Of a stretch of 64,000 nt of DNA, positions 24,115-38,404 are shown one piece after another. The DNA is from Octopus sinensis. Taxonomy: Eukaryota. The notes under the pieces are model-generated. The model was not told the DNA's origin. It saw nothing but the letters and a program-made list of their open reading frames with translations, and made no database searches. Position numbers and translations under genes: made by a program. Each line of letters opens with the position of its first letter. Within the stretch, counting starts at the first letter, position 1. Location of the stretch: the NCBI RefSeq assembly GCF_006345805.1, contig NC_043003.1, positions 97,464,001-97,528,000 on the forward strand, in the 5' to 3' direction.

Positions 24115-26685
24115 GTGAGATATATTGTCCACTAATTTACGAATTGCGCTTCTGTACCGTTGGATCTATTTTACATATTTTTTACTTCACTATGTTATGT
24201 ATTGGCTTGAACCTTCGATTGTTCAATATCGTTTACAAGAATGAATTACTTACTATCCCTTGAGATTCCCCCCTGCATTATCATTTGTATTTACATCTTC
24301 ATATTTAGGAATTTCTATGTATTGTATATATATATATCTAGATTTCAGTATCAAGAGGTTCTTGAGCCGATTTTATTTTTAAAAAACAAAAACATCAGTT
24401 TTGTATTTTGTTTGCAAATGTGGAAAATTCAGTCGCGTATTAATCTCCTCTGAAATCCTCCATGTTTATATAATTAAATTGATTTTAAAAGATACGGATA
24501 GAATTACAATTTTGTTAGTTATTATTTTTTTTCTCCCAATACGGAAACAGATTGGAAAAAAATGAAAAACATAATTTCAATCTGGTGGTATTTAAATTCA
24601 AAACAAATTGACTGAAAAAGTTTCACACACACACACAAACACACCTAAAAATATTTGTACCACCCCTGTTTATAGTTTGATCATAGGTTTGTCTGATTAA
24701 ACAGATCTATGATTAAATTTGTTCCAGTCGTAAGCATCTTATGTTTTCTTCCGAACTTAGTATATCTAGAATTACGTTTTTGTTGTTTTTTTTTTTCTGT
24801 CTCGAATGTGTTTATGACATCAAGTCGAAAATGTACGCTCATGTTGATTTCGAGCATCTACTGAGGATTGCTCAGTCTGTGGTATTTGCATGTGAAATAT
24901 TGTTAAATGCGAAAATTAATTGAAATTTAAAAGCTAATTAAAAATTTTTCAAGAGGACTTATTTAAATAGTTTTATTCCACCTCATCGCTGTAAATTTAC
25001 GCAGTTACTAGCGTTTGAATGACAACGGGAATTTGGCATTTCGGTTTCCCTAATTTGTTCGCTTTACAAGAATTTTATTCGCCCCGAGAGAAGACGCGTA
25101 CAGCTGTACTTGTTTGCGTTTAATAAAAGTGATCTTGACGAAGCAGTTTAAGAATACAGGATAAATATTGAAATTATTCGTTTAGAATAGAGTCGAAAAT
25201 TATCTAGCACTCAAAATAATAATAATAATAATAATAATAACAAGCAAAGCGAAAACACAACAACTAAAACCATAATTTCTTTGCGTATGTTTCAAGCATC
25301 ATAGATTACGATCCTGCAGAAAGAAAAAAAAATAGTGGTGAGATTCCTCTCCCCACCTCGCTCTTTTTTCTTCTTTTTTTTGGTTTTTCAGTTTTGAATT
25401 TTTTCCAAAAAATTTCCACATTTATGCTACTCTCATTTTTAAAGAAACATAATCTTGGATATATAAGACAAATACGGAAAATAATTTCGAAAGAAAAATG
25501 TCAAACTGAAAAATCACAAAAGAAGGCGGTGGTAGGGAGTGCTACTTTTTCTTTTTTTCCCCAGAATATAACGCATGAAACCTACACGGCCAAAGAAATA
25601 ATGGTTCTTGGTGCTGATAATAATTTCCGACTCTATTGTATAGGAATGCTCTAATTTAAATACATGAATAATGATAGTTGCTGGTCAACTCTGATCGAAA
25701 ATGACTGATGATCAAAGGTGTTATATTTTTCATTTTACTATCTTTGTATATTTGATTGCGTTGTCCAATATGTTCTTCCTATCTAAAGACGATAGAATGT
25801 TATTCGTGGCATATTTAACTGCCGTGTGTAGGTGGCTATGTAAGGGTGGGGTTCTGTCGTTGGCTCATTGTGACATGAGTTTGCTTACATTTTGTGATAA
25901 GTCGTCGTCGTATTCAAGTCCATCTTCCTGCTTGCATGAATCAAACGGAATTCGTTTAGGCAGATTTTCTACAACCAGATGCCCTTCCTATCGTCAACCC
26001 TTACTTTGTTTACAAGCAAGGTAATATCTCTTTATGGCTGGACATGTTTGCATAGAAGATTGAAAACGAAGGACATCATTTATATTACAATGACAGTTAC
26101 TTACAGCTACCACATGATGTCAGGACAAATACACACACAAGATCATCATTTAATGCCCACTATTTCAAGTTTGCATGGGTCAGGCGGAATTTGTTGAGGT
26201 AGATTTTCTACAGTTGGGTGTGCTTCCTGCTATCTCACTTGTTCCAAGTAAGGTAATATTTTCCCATATCTAGATATTTAGATATGGTTTTTTCACAGAA
26301 GACTAGAGACAAACAACTTCGCTTATATGATGATGCCATTTGCAACCATCATGTGATATCCAGACAAGGGCACACACTAACGTACACATTATCTGTGTGT
26401 GTATGTGTAAATGTCTACTATAATAATACTCTTCTGTATTTCTCCATCACAACATATGACTGAAAAAGTAAGGGGTGATAGATGAATAAGGAAGAAAGAG
26501 GTGATATCAAACTGGAAGTGGAATGGTGAACATTCAATGTCCAAAAGAAAAATCAAACAGCGTTTCAACTCTGTGTGAGTATATGTGTAGAAGGGAAGTA
26601 TGTGAATGTTTGTATCTGATTATTACGTACCGTATTTATATATAATATTAGTCGTCATTTTTGACAGCACGAAGCCAGCTACTAC

Positions 26686-26730
<45 letters not shown>

Positions 26731-27052
26731 TACACTCTTGGAGTGGTTGGTGTTAGAAAGGGCATCCAGCCTTAAAAACAGTGTCAAATATGATTGGAAC
26801 CTGGTGCAGCTCCCCAGCTTATCAGTTTTCAATCAAACTGTCAACACGTGACAACATAGAACATAGATGTTAAATGATGATGATATATGTATGATTCTGA
26901 GGTTGCCCCTGTTCTGCAGTGTTGCCTTGATGTTTACTGTGAATTCCTGGGTCTGGCATTTCCATAGATGTTTCTTCATAGAAGTATGTGTGTGTGTGTG
27001 TATGTATGCATATGTATGTATATGTATGTATATGTGCGTATATATATATATG

Positions 27053-27097
<45 letters not shown>

Positions 27098-27159
27098 TAT
27101 ATGCATATGTATGTATCATGACGATGATGATGATGTATGTATATATATATGTATATCAC

Positions 27160-28140
27160 TAAAAATGTGCAGAGAAAAGCTGTCACATTCCAGGGAGAAA
27201 AACTACAAATAGTTAATAGCTTCTGTTACCTAAGTGACCAAATCAGTAGCAGGGGTGGATGCTCTGAAATAAGAATAGCCTGGGCAAAGTTCAGAGAGCT
27301 ACCTCTGCTGGTGACAAAGGGCCTCTCACTTAGACTAAAAGGTAGACTGTATGACACATGTGTGCGAACAGCCATGCTACATGGCAGTGGAACATGGGCC
27401 GCGACTGCTGAGGATATGCGTAAGTTTACGAAGAACGAAGCCAGTGTTCTCCGCTGGATGTGTAATGTCAATGTGCATACACAACAGAGTGTAAGTACCT
27501 TGAGAGAAAAGTTGGACTTAAGAAGCATCAGATGTGGTGTGCAAGAGAGACGACTGCACTAGTATGGTCATGTGTTGCGAATGGATGAGAACAGCTGTGT
27601 AAAAAAGTGTCACACCCTAGCAGTTGAAGGAACCTGTGGAAGATGTAGACCCAGGAAGACCTGGGATGAGAAGGTGAAGCATGACCTTCGAACATATGGC
27701 CTCACCGAGGCAATGACTAGTGACCGAGATCTTTGGAGATATGCTGTACTTGAGAAGACTCGGCAAGCCAAGTGAGACCATAACCCGTGGCCTATGCCAA
27801 TGGTGTATAACCAGCCCACTTATGAGTATCTTTCATTCATTGGACAATAAACTTTGCTTGCGAAGATGTGTTGAGGCAAGTGAAATCAGAATCGCTGACG
27901 TAGCTGATGACAGTATCGCCTGATTGGCACTTGTGCCTGTGGAACATTAAAAGCACCATCCGAACGTGATCATTGCCAGGGCTGCCGACTGGCTCTCGTG
28001 CCATCGGCACGTAAAATCACCCACTACACTCTTGGAGTGATTGGCATAGAAAGGGCCAGCTGTAGAAACTTTGACCGATCAGATTGGAGCCTGGTGCAGC
28101 CTTCCAGCTCGTTAGTCCTCAGTCAAACCATCCAACCCAT
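27160..28140 (+). mobile_element. 5'-truncated RTE LINE with 3' UTR, in ASNA1 intron 1
   Basis: ORFs 27137..27562 and 27572..27775 match the 11859 copy; followed by the family 3' tail. Confidence 0.9.
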
Positions 28141-28909
28141 GCATTTCTGCATTTCACTACTCACAGTTTTGAATTGCTAAACATTATTATTGCACTTCTT
28201 TAATTTGAATCTTAAACATTAAAGACTTCATTCATACATTTCTATACATACATACTTTTTTGAATGCCCATTACTCTAATTCTGCATTTTTACAGTTACA
28301 CTTTTTTCCATGACAGTAGATAAATTTTTTATTCCACAACGCATTTGTAGTGGCTTCATGCAGGCATAGCGTGGATTTGATCCTCAATTGCCAAATTTCA
28401 CTTAACACTTCAACAGCGTTTTTCTCACAGTAAAACCATAGTTTTTCTGTGAATGACAGCAGTTATACATTTCCCAGATGCCTTTGCTAAGCAGAATAAT
28501 GTCTTTGCCTCTTGACCCTTCCAACCTCTTCTAGGCCACTAAGGGCTGGAATGGAGATAACAGACCTCCAACAAAACCATTTGTTCTCAACAATATGTCT
28601 ATCCTTCTGGCTGCTTTTCGATAGTTATAAAAACAAGAACCTCATAAGCTAAAGGCAGTTACTGAGGGTGACCATCAATGAGTGTGAACGTTATTATTGC
28701 ACTTTCTTCAAACACTTCATTCCTATATTTATCTACATACAATCTCTCCCTCCTCCAGCTGACAGTTTTTTTGTACTTTTTTGTGACAGAAAATACACCT
28801 TTTGTGGCAGTTATAAAGAAATTGCTTTCTTATATCAGAGTAATAAGGCGTTTCAATACAACATCTTTACGCCTGGGAATTACCGGGTACACCAGCTAGT
28901 CTACTATAT

Positions 28910-28957
<48 letters not shown>

Positions 28958-29231
28958 TATGCATATATATGTACATATATGTACGTACCTACCTCTACAT
29001 GTATATATACACGCATATATGGGTACAGGACACCAAAAAAACGTCGAACACAATGAGAAATGAAAACATAAACACAAAACCAAGGAACTGGACATTTTTC
29101 TTAAACAACAAAAAAATAGAGTACAGGACAAATAACACAAGGAAAATTCCCCTTCTTCAGTCGCCATGGTTTCATCTACTCTGCGTTTCGATGGTGAAGG
29201 CGAAGGTTATATATATATATATATATATATA

Positions 29232-31985
29232 TTCCCAACACAAACCTGCAGAAAAAAAAGCCAGACAGAAGTCATATGCAGATGCAGTACAAGCTGCAGC
29301 GGTTGAGCAAGAGCATTTTTTAAGTGTGGCACAGGAAACAGTGCAATGGTTGTCATGGCTACAGACAAAGCTGAGCTATGTAGCCTTGCACACAAGACTG
29401 CAGAACAACAGCAAATACAAAATTGAGCACTTGAAGAATCTTTCTGCATGCATTGCACTTACAGAAACACACCTGTCTGCTGACATAAGTGTTGTGGAGA
29501 TACACATACCAATGTATGCTATCTTCTGTACAGACAGAAGGAAAAGAAGTCACGGTGGATTGCAGTGTACATCCGCGAAGATGTCACACCATTAACCCTG
29601 TTATCGCACTCGAACTGTGACACACTCATAGTACATCTAAAGCAACTTGATATAGTGATATGCACACTATATCGCCCACCTGATGCCTCAAATCATGATG
29701 GAAAATTTGAGGAAAGCTTCAGTGCAATAAAGGAAGTACTAACATAATTGGATCAACGTACTACTATATTCCTGATGGGTGACTTCAACTTCCCCGACAT
29801 CAGGTGGCCTGACGGCAATATAACTCCAGGAATGATGCACAAAGAGCGAAATCAAGCACCGACAATATTCTCAGACCACGACATGATAGAACTGACAATG
29901 TATGGTCCAGAATTAACTAAAGATAAACTCAGCACAGATGGCACTCAAACACTATCCAGCCTAAAGGCTGACTGGAAGTCACTTGAAAAGCAGGTTCTCC
30001 AGCAGGACTGATCTAAAAACCTCTCTATGCAAGACATAGATTTGAAACTTAATAAATTCATGTCAATAATGCGAGCCATATGCATTAAATATGTCCCAGA
30101 GAAAGGAGCTAATACACACAAAAACATCATTCCCAGAGACAGGAGAATACTCATGCAGCGGAGAATCATCATCATCATCATCATCATTTAGCGTCCGCTT
30201 TCCATGCTAGCATGGGTTGGACGGTTCAACAGGGTCTGGGAGGCCAGAAGGCTGCACCAGGCCCAGTCTGATCTGGCAATGCTTCTACAGCTGGATGCCC
30301 TTCCTAACGCCGGATAGAGATCTCAAATCATTTAAACACCTTAATGACAGTGTGAAATTCCACCTGGCAGAGCAACTCTTCAAGATAGAAATAAACTCAA
30401 AATCTCCCATGAAAAAGAAAGAGAAGAAAGAGAAACCTTGGCAGTTGAAAATATAAAAAGAAATCCTAAAGCTTTCTACACATTGGCAAAGGAATCTGCC
30501 TCAGTACGCTATAAGATAGGGCCACTATTTGGTAAAAACAGCTCTCTAACTGCAGACCCGGGGAAGATAAGTGAAGCACTAAATAAACAATTCCAAAGTG
30601 TTTTCACTTCTCCACTGGAAAATATGCAAATAAACAAGCCGAAGGAGTTTTTCAATGCAATGAATCTATTCAGAAAAGAGGCAGCCATCAATTATATCAA
30701 CATAACAGAAGAGGATGTAATATCAGCCATTGACGAGATGAAATCAAACTCAGCGACAGGCCCTGATGGACTCCCAGCTGTTCTCTTAAAGACATGTAGA
30801 AAGGCTCTTTCTAAGCCATTGCAGATACTCTTTCAGAGTTTCCTTGCATGTGGTAAACTTCCCAACATGCTAAAAGAAGGTAAAATATGCCCTGTCCATA
30901 AAAGAGGGAGCAGAGCAGATGCTAAAAGCTACAGGCCCATCTCTCTGACCTTACGTGTTAGCAATACAATGGAATACATTGCCAGAAAAAGGCTGATCAC
31001 ATTCCTAAAAGAAAACAACCTTCTCACAAACATACAACATGGCTTCCGTCCAGGGAGGAGCTGCCTCTCACATTTGCTGCAGCACTTTGACTGGGTACTG
31101 AAGCAACACCTAAACCAGTCAGCTGTAGACGTGATAAACCTCGACTTTGCTAAGGCTTTCGACAAGGTTGATCATGGTAGGATATGTCACAAGCTGCGAA
31201 ACCTTGGTACTAACGGGAAACTGGAAGAGTGGCCAAATGGTTTCTGAAGGGCAGGAGTCAGACAGTTGTAGCCAATGGTGCTCACTCTGAAGAGACACCA
31301 ATTCTCAGCAGAGTCCCACAGGGAACTGTACCAGGGCCACTACTATTTGTGGTGGCCCTCTCAGACATGCCCTCCGTGGTACGGTCAGCCAATCTGACCA
31401 GTTATTCTGATGGCACAAAAGTATTGCAGGTAGTTAGGAACCCAGACGACATCATAGAACTGCAGAAAGACCTGAACGAAATCTACGAATGGGCTAACAA
31501 AAATAACAAGCAGTTCAGTGCTATGAAATTTCAGGTACTCCACTGTCAGTCCAACACCAGGCTAAAATCAGAATACACTGGACCAGAAGGTAATATGATC
31601 CCAGAGTTAGTGTCAGTGCATGACCTGGGAATTCACAGAGCAATGATGCAACATTCCATGTGCATATTACCAAGATGGCAACACTGTGCAGGTGAGTGGC
31701 TGGCTGGATTCTGAGGGTATTCAGAACCAGGAAAAGGGAAGCACTGTTACCCATATGGAAGACTTTCGTTCCCAGCCACTTGGACTACTGCTCCCATCTA
31801 TGTTCCCCAGAGAGTGTGAAAGAAACTGTGGAACTCAAAGCAATCCAGTGCCAATACACAATGAAGATTGATTTGATGCAAAAGACGGGCTACCAGGAGA
31901 GGCTAAAGGAGCTGAATCTCTATTTGTGATATATATTTGGAAGATCTTGGAGGCTTCAGCTCCCAGTTTTGGAATTAACAGGGGA
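29232..31985 (+). mobile_element. Degenerate CR1/L2-group LINE ORF2 (APE endonuclease plus RT)
   Basis: IALTETHL, LYRPP, MGDFNFP, SDH, GPDG, YRPISL, QHGFRPGRSC, LDFAKAFDKV, VPQGTVPGP, LDYCS; frameshifted; RTE-tail insertion at about 30165-30312. Confidence 0.9.
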
Positions 31986-31986
31986 A

Positions 31987-32038
<52 letters not shown>

Positions 32039-32059
32039 CATATACATTTACACAAGGTA

Positions 32060-33900
32060 GGATTGTTTATTATCCTTTAGTGGCCCATTTAGACAATTTG
32101 ATATTTTTGCTCGTCGTCTCATTAGAATCTTCCTATCCCTGAGTATTATATTTTTCTGCTGGCTTGGCATTCTCTCTGGAGCAAACTTACTGCAGATGTC
32201 ATGCATGATTGTCATAAAGTGTTGTAGCTTTTTGTTAATATCTTCTGTAGAGAGACTGGCAGACTAGTTATGTTCCATGACCGCTTTCTCGTTACCCTTC
32301 CAATCAGTTTTGTGAAAGTTCAGGTTGGAGAGAAGTTGGGTGCTTCTTGTAGCCTGCATGTCTTTAGTTTTCTGTAGACCATACATTATTAGTTCTATTA
32401 AGTTATGGTCCAAGAAAATCATCAGTGTCACCCCAACATTATGGATGAGCGCCATGTTGCTTGTGAAATAGAGGTCCAAGACATTTTTCCCCTTGTTGGG
32501 TGGAGCACTATTTGTTCATAAAGAGCATGTTAGTGACGTCAAGCAGAGATTCTGCATGCATCAATCAGGCCATGCAGTGACATACTTGAGAGAATGTGGC
32601 CCACAGGCCATTTGACGTAAAAGAGGTTGAAATCCCCTAAAAGAAGTATGTGCAAGCTGTCATCCAGGTTGGCTAATACTTCTTTCATTTCTTGGAGGCT
32701 CTCTTCAAGTGAATCCCCATGGTTTGGAGCATTTGGTGGGCGATACTTGGTACATATTATTAGTTCCATCTGTTTAATGTGTACTACCAGAGTGTCACAG
32801 ACTGAGTTTGAGTGTGCCAGCAGGACCACAGGTGTGACTTCTTGCCAGATGTACATTGCCACTCCACCATGAGTCCTTTCTTTCCTGTCAGTTCGAAACA
32901 CAACATACCCTGGTGTGTGTATCTCAGTATCTAATATGTCCACATTCAGATGTATTTCTGTTAGTGACACACATATTGCTTGATTACATGTCACTAAGTC
33001 GCTCAGGTACTGTGTTTTGCATTGTTGGGACGTTACAAGGCCCCTGATGTTCTGCAAGAATACTGTCAGTAGTAGCCGCTGGTCTGATATGTGCAGAGGT
33101 GTCAGGGGTGGCCACTCCGGATCCTTTGCTGTTTGAGGTGGTTATGGGTACTGGTACATGTTCCTGATACTGGATGTCTGTTGAAGCCAGGTCAGCTGCC
33201 TTACAATCTTCTGTGTGACCTCCAAAAAAAGCTTGTTGTTCAGCAGCCGCTATCGGCACACCAACAACAGTTTGTTTCCTCTTAGGTGCAGTGTGTGCAC
33301 CGTCCATACACTTCCATGGTGGTGGGATTGTATCTTGTGATCTAGTGCTGTGTTGTTGGAAGCTGCTCTTCCTAGTCTTCATGTGAGTTAAACGAGCACT
33401 GTTCATATGGGATTTGGGATGAGCAAATCTGCAGCCTGTCCCAATGTCACCATGCCAGCAGGTAGCCTTTAAATAGAACTTGCAGACTGGTTTGGTTTCC
33501 TTTTTACCGGAGCCATAACCTTTGCAGGTTCTTTTTCGTTTTCCTTGTGAATCCACCATGGGCCCACATCTATTCTCAGCCTGCTGGCCCACTGGTGCCT
33601 TTGTTTTCGTTTGTTTCTCCTGCTTTACTTTGCTGCTGTTTTCCTCCTTCAACTTTGGCATTTTTCTTGGACTCACAGTTGTCCAGGGTATTGGTGTCAC
33701 CTTTGTTTTGTTCCTTATCCTGACCCTTCTTGGATTCTATAAGGTAGCTAACTTCCTTTTCTTTTTTCACCATTTTGTACCTTCACTTCCACTTCAACTG
33801 TTTTCTCTAAAAAGTCCGAGTATGGTTATATTAAGGTATATGAATGAATGAACTCATTCTTTTCCCTCTCAGTTGAGCTATGGTTCAATGAAAACCAAAG
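32060..33900 (-). mobile_element. CR1/L2-group LINE 5' half (ORF1-like with CCCH finger plus endonuclease), related to the plus-strand copy
   Basis: ORF 32984..33700 has CKFYLKATCWHGDIGTGCRFAHP; ORF 32539..33057 has QNIRGL, LTEIHL, RTDRKERTHGGVAMY, YRPP, LLGDFN. Confidence 0.85.
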
Positions 33901-34027
33901 CTCTTCAGGACCCCTGCAGTAAGAGTGTTTGGCGGCACTGCTTCTGCCAGATACCATATGAGGAGCATTGTTTTTATTTCCTCAACCTACCAGTTTCTTT
34001 GAATTCTGAAACTTATATCTTCTTCTA

Positions 34028-35095
34028 TCTATCTTCTAATATATAAAATAGAGATGCGTGTGTATTCGCTTTTCACGTAAAAACAGCTTCACCAATTACT
34101 GCCATATTTGTGAAGCATGAATAATATGGCCTCGGACATATTATAGTGTCTGCATTTGATTTTTTTTTTTATTAAAAATATTGCTTTATAATTATGATTC
34201 ACTTCTTTAAAAAGGTTTCTCAATGACAACATTCAGCATTGACGTTAAAACGGCGTGGTCTCTCACTCTCTATTTTAATTTTCGCTATTTGTAAACTGTT
34301 TTCAGATTCGTTTCCTACGTGGGTGTGAAGTAGAAAGATATCCTCCATTTTCCTAAAAGTTATGGGGGAAAAACATTGGATCTTGTGAATTCTCCAAAGG
34401 CATCTCTCCACACCTTTTAACATCCGTTGCGTTTTTTTTTTGTTTGTTTTTTTTTTTCGATTTTGTTTCCAGGTGATAACGTCAACCGAAATATTTACGA
34501 AGTTCACAACTTTAGATATTCAGTACAATATAGTTTTTAATGTGCTTTTATTTATACGATTTTTTTCATTCCATTGTTTCAGCCATTGTTTGCAATGTTC
34601 TATCACACACACACACTCACACACACACCAGGTTTGATTTCGTTCTGAACTCGCACACTTCATTAATTTCTGTAAAAAAAATTTTATTTATTCTCTTTTT
34701 GCACGCCGTTTCAGCTCTGTGTATTTATATCATTCACACGCGCACACATGTGTTTTTGTATGTACGTTTGTATACATTTATGCATGTATGTGTGTGTGAG
34801 TGAAGGGGTGTGTTGTCATGTATACGTACATGCATAAATACATATGCATATATCTTTTTTCTATGTGTGTGTGTGTGTGTGAGAGAGAGAGAGTGATGTC
34901 TAAGTGGCACTCTATGTATCTCTCATCATCATCATTGTTCGACCGTGGTCGACACAATGGAATTTACCATGGTACACTGGACTTCACGGTCCATCATAGC
35001 ATTACGGAGGTCTCTCATTATGGAGCATCTCTCACACACGCACACATACATACAAAAAAGGTGTATGGACATATACATAACAACACACCCCTTTA

Positions 35096-35127
<32 letters not shown>

Positions 35128-35705
35128 TACACGTCCATTTCATCTGATGATTGATACTGTATGTATATGTATATCTGTGTGTGTATGTACGCGTGCGTGC
35201 GGCGTTCCATAATCGCCAGAAAAAAAGCAGAGGAATTTACTCTCTTGATGCTCCTGGTGCCACAGGTAAAACATTTGTAACATTGCTTCTCTCCAAGGTA
35301 AGGCAACAAAAAAGAATTGCAGTTGCTTTACCAGTGTCTGGCTTTGCTGCCACCATTCTCCCAGGAGGACGAACAGCTCATTCTGCTTTTAAATTACCAC
35401 TAAACCTGGTCACAAATGACAGTCCAATTTGTAGCATAAGCAAAGAGTCAGGTTCACCAGAAGTGTTGTGCCAATGCCACCTTATCGTTTGGGATGAATG
35501 CACCATGTCACATAGAAGCTCTTGGTAAAACCTTACAGGACATCAGAGGCAACAATAATCCAATTGGAGGAGTTACGTTAGTTTTATCACGAGACTTCAG
35601 ACAGTCATTCCAAGACAAACAAGATCTGATGAAATAAAAGCATGCATTAAGTCTTCACACCTATGGAATAAAGTACTGAAATTCCCCTTCAATACTAATG
35701 TGCGA
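34028..35705 (+). mobile_element. Internally deleted Helitron with PIF1-family helicase fragment
   Basis: TC..TAATATATAAAAT 5'-end signature near 34028; ORF 35151..35528 has LDAPGATGKTF, LPGGRTAHSAFKLPL, IVWDECTM, then GGVTLVLSRDFRQ. Confidence 0.8.
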
Positions 35706-35744
35706 CCTTTATTACATGGGGACCAAATATATATATGTTGATCG

Positions 35745-36048
35745 ATTTTGAAAATCGAAATCGATCAACATCAATGGAGGTTGCAGCTGTGATACTAGTG
35801 CTGGTGACACGTAAGAGAACCATCCGAACGTGGCCGTTGCCAGTGCCGCCCCGACTGGCCTCGTGCCGGTGGCACGTAAAAAGCACCATCCGATTGTGAT
35901 TGGCGTTAGGAAGGGCATCCAGCCGTAGAAACATTACCAGATCAGACTGGGCCTGGTGCAGCCTTCTGGCTTCCCAGACCCCAGTTGAACCGTCCAACCC
36001 ATGCTAGCATGGAAAGCGGACGCTAAACAAAGATGATGATGATGATGA
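35745..36048 (+). mobile_element. RTE 3' tail fragment
   Basis: Near-identical to the 21575 copy; (GAT)n tail. Confidence 0.85.
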
Positions 36049-36238
36049 TATGTATATATAATCTCATGCTACCTACATATATAAATATGTTTGGAAGAGG
36101 TTTTTACATCCTGAGACTCTTTAACTCATTTATTCAACTAAAAACACTTCATCTGATAAGAATTCACACACATTTAAATGGACTTTGCAAGATCTTTACT
36201 AAAACTGCAAATTCTTTCTCCTTCTCTGTTCATTTCAG

Positions 36239-36386
36239 CTGTTGTTTAGCTGTTGAACTGGCTAAAGTACGCGATACTGTTCTGATCATTTCCACTGATC
36301 CAGCACACAATATATCTGATGCTTTTAACCAAAAGTTCTCAAAGGTACCTAGTCAAGTACATGGGTTCCACAATCTTTATGCAATG
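36239..36386 (+). CDS. ASNA1: ASNA1/GET3 exon 2
   Basis: TTTCAG| then [37 protein letters not shown]...LYAM |GTAAGT; switch I DPAH; phase matches exon 1. Confidence 0.96.
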
Positions 36387-37567
36387 GTAAGTTGTTTTTT
36401 TTTTCAAAATATTAAAACAACTGTTTTAATTCCAATTTAATATTCATGTCATTTTGTTGTTGTTTTTCCCCTACTGTCCCTTCTGTTCACCTTCTTGTAC
36501 ATTGAAGGTATGCCTTGACACCTTGTCATCACCATCTACATTTCTCTTTTTAGTTACTGCTACCCACCCTTATGTAATGTGAGACTATTCCATGTCTCCC
36601 TTCTATAGCAAGATACCTGTTTCTGTCCTTCTGTCATACCTCAGCCTCTCAACATCTGATATAAACCAGCTCCCTCCCTATTACACCCAAATTCAATCAA
36701 GGGAGCATTTTTTGTTGTTGTTGTTTGGCAAGTTACTTGTCAAACTCATTAGTACTGATACTACATAAAAGGTACCTAGTACACAAGGAAAGTGGTTGGC
36801 ATTAGGGAGATTATCCAGATAGAGAAACCTTGCCAAAGCTGACTCTGGAACTCAACACAGTCTTTGTCAAACTGGTGAACATCATACCAGCATGAAAAAT
36901 AGCATTAAATGATGATGCTGGGTAGGACCTAATTTGTTTTAGTTGGATTTTATTTTTATATTCTTCTCTATATTTAATCTGTTTTTGTTTTTACAGTTTG
37001 GGTTGGGAAATAAAATAATAAAGTGTTACATTGGTGTGCCTTGAATGTGTTTATTTTCATGCGTTTTTACTAGAGTAAGTTAGCTTGTTATAAGAACCTA
37101 TGCATCTCTTAGCTCTGTTTATTGAATTTAAGCTCAGCACTGCAACCACTAACACAAAGCTCCAGCAAATGGTAGTTGTCAAGTGTTTATTGACAGTGAA
37201 ATGTGTTTGGTAAGTTAGCACTAGTTATGAACTCTGAACTACTGACTTTCTGGCAGAAATAACAATGGTAAAGTCTTCCTTTTTTGTACGTCACAAATAA
37301 ATAAAGTAGCCTTAACCATTAGCATTTAATCCAGCCATATCATTATTATAAACAGTTTCAAGCACATACACAGAACAACTCTTTGAAACATGGGTGCAGT
37401 GGTTAGTTAGTGGTGTGTTTGCTTTTTTTTTTTTTTACTGTTTTTGTACAGTAATCTCTATGTTTTCTCAAGGTTGTTCTCATATCCCATCTTGATGCTT
37501 TCTCCTTGAGTTTTATGCAATGCCTCTAGATTGTAACGATTACTACATACATATGTACATACATATA

Positions 37568-37936
37568 GGCATAGGTGTGGTTGTGTGGTAAGTAGCTTGT
37601 TTACCAACCACATGTTTCCGGGTTCAGTCCCACTGCGTGGCACTTTGGGCAAGTGTCTTCTACTATAGCCTCGGGCCAACCAAAGCCTTGTGAGTGGATT
37701 TGGTAGACGGAAACTGAAAGAAGCCCGTCGTATATATGTACGTGTGTCTGCGTTTGTCCCCCAAGCATCGCTTGACAACCGATGCTGGTGTGTTTACGTC
37801 CCCGTAACTTAGCGGTTCGGCAAAAGAGACCGATAGAATAAGTACTTGGCTTACAAAGAATAAGTCCTGGGGTCGATTTGCTCGACTAAAGGCGGTGCTC
37901 CAGCATGGCCACAGTCACATGACTGAAACAAGTAAA
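37568..37936 (+). mobile_element. tRNA-derived SINE family A, full length
   Basis: Homologous to the 57858 copy. Confidence 0.9.
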
Positions 37937-38049
37937 AAGTAAAAAAAAAAAGTAAAAAGTAAAGTAACATACAAACAAACAAAACGAGCTAAGAGAAATA
38001 ACTCAGGGTGGTCAGGAGCGTGTATTTGAATAACACAAATACAGATATA

Positions 38050-38330
38050 TTAAATACTATACAACATAAATTCTAGATTTTTTTTATATTATCTCTCCAT
38101 CTAGATGATGTATCTTAATTACCAAATGGCAATGAAGACTAGCAACAGCTATTGAGCAAGAAATATGTGTCCGCAATTGTCTTCTTATCTGTAGACCTGT
38201 CCTTTTCCTTAATGTCACATCAGTTCTAGGAGAATTTTCGATTCTGTAGATTATCTCCCCTTTCTCAAGCAAGGCTAGTCTTGTAATTAAAACACATTCC
38301 CTAGAGGCAGATATGACTTCGATAAATCAA
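38050..38330 (-). mobile_element. Possible Penelope-like C-terminal fragment
   Basis: Weak: TLRKRTGLQIRRQLRTHISCS resembles the region after GIY-YIG in PLEs. Confidence 0.25.
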
Positions 38331-38404
38331 GAATTTATGTTGTATGGTATTTGATATACCTATTTTTTGGATATACATGTGTGTGTGTATAGATATACAT
38401 ATAT

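Noticed and set aside
26606-27212. YI/CV-rich ORFs, also near 12466, 23800, 28900 and 43300
   Set aside because: Translations of (TA)n and (TG)n tracts
35151-35528. Host PIF1 helicase gene
   Set aside because: Fragmentary, frameshifted, intronic and preceded by a Helitron-type end
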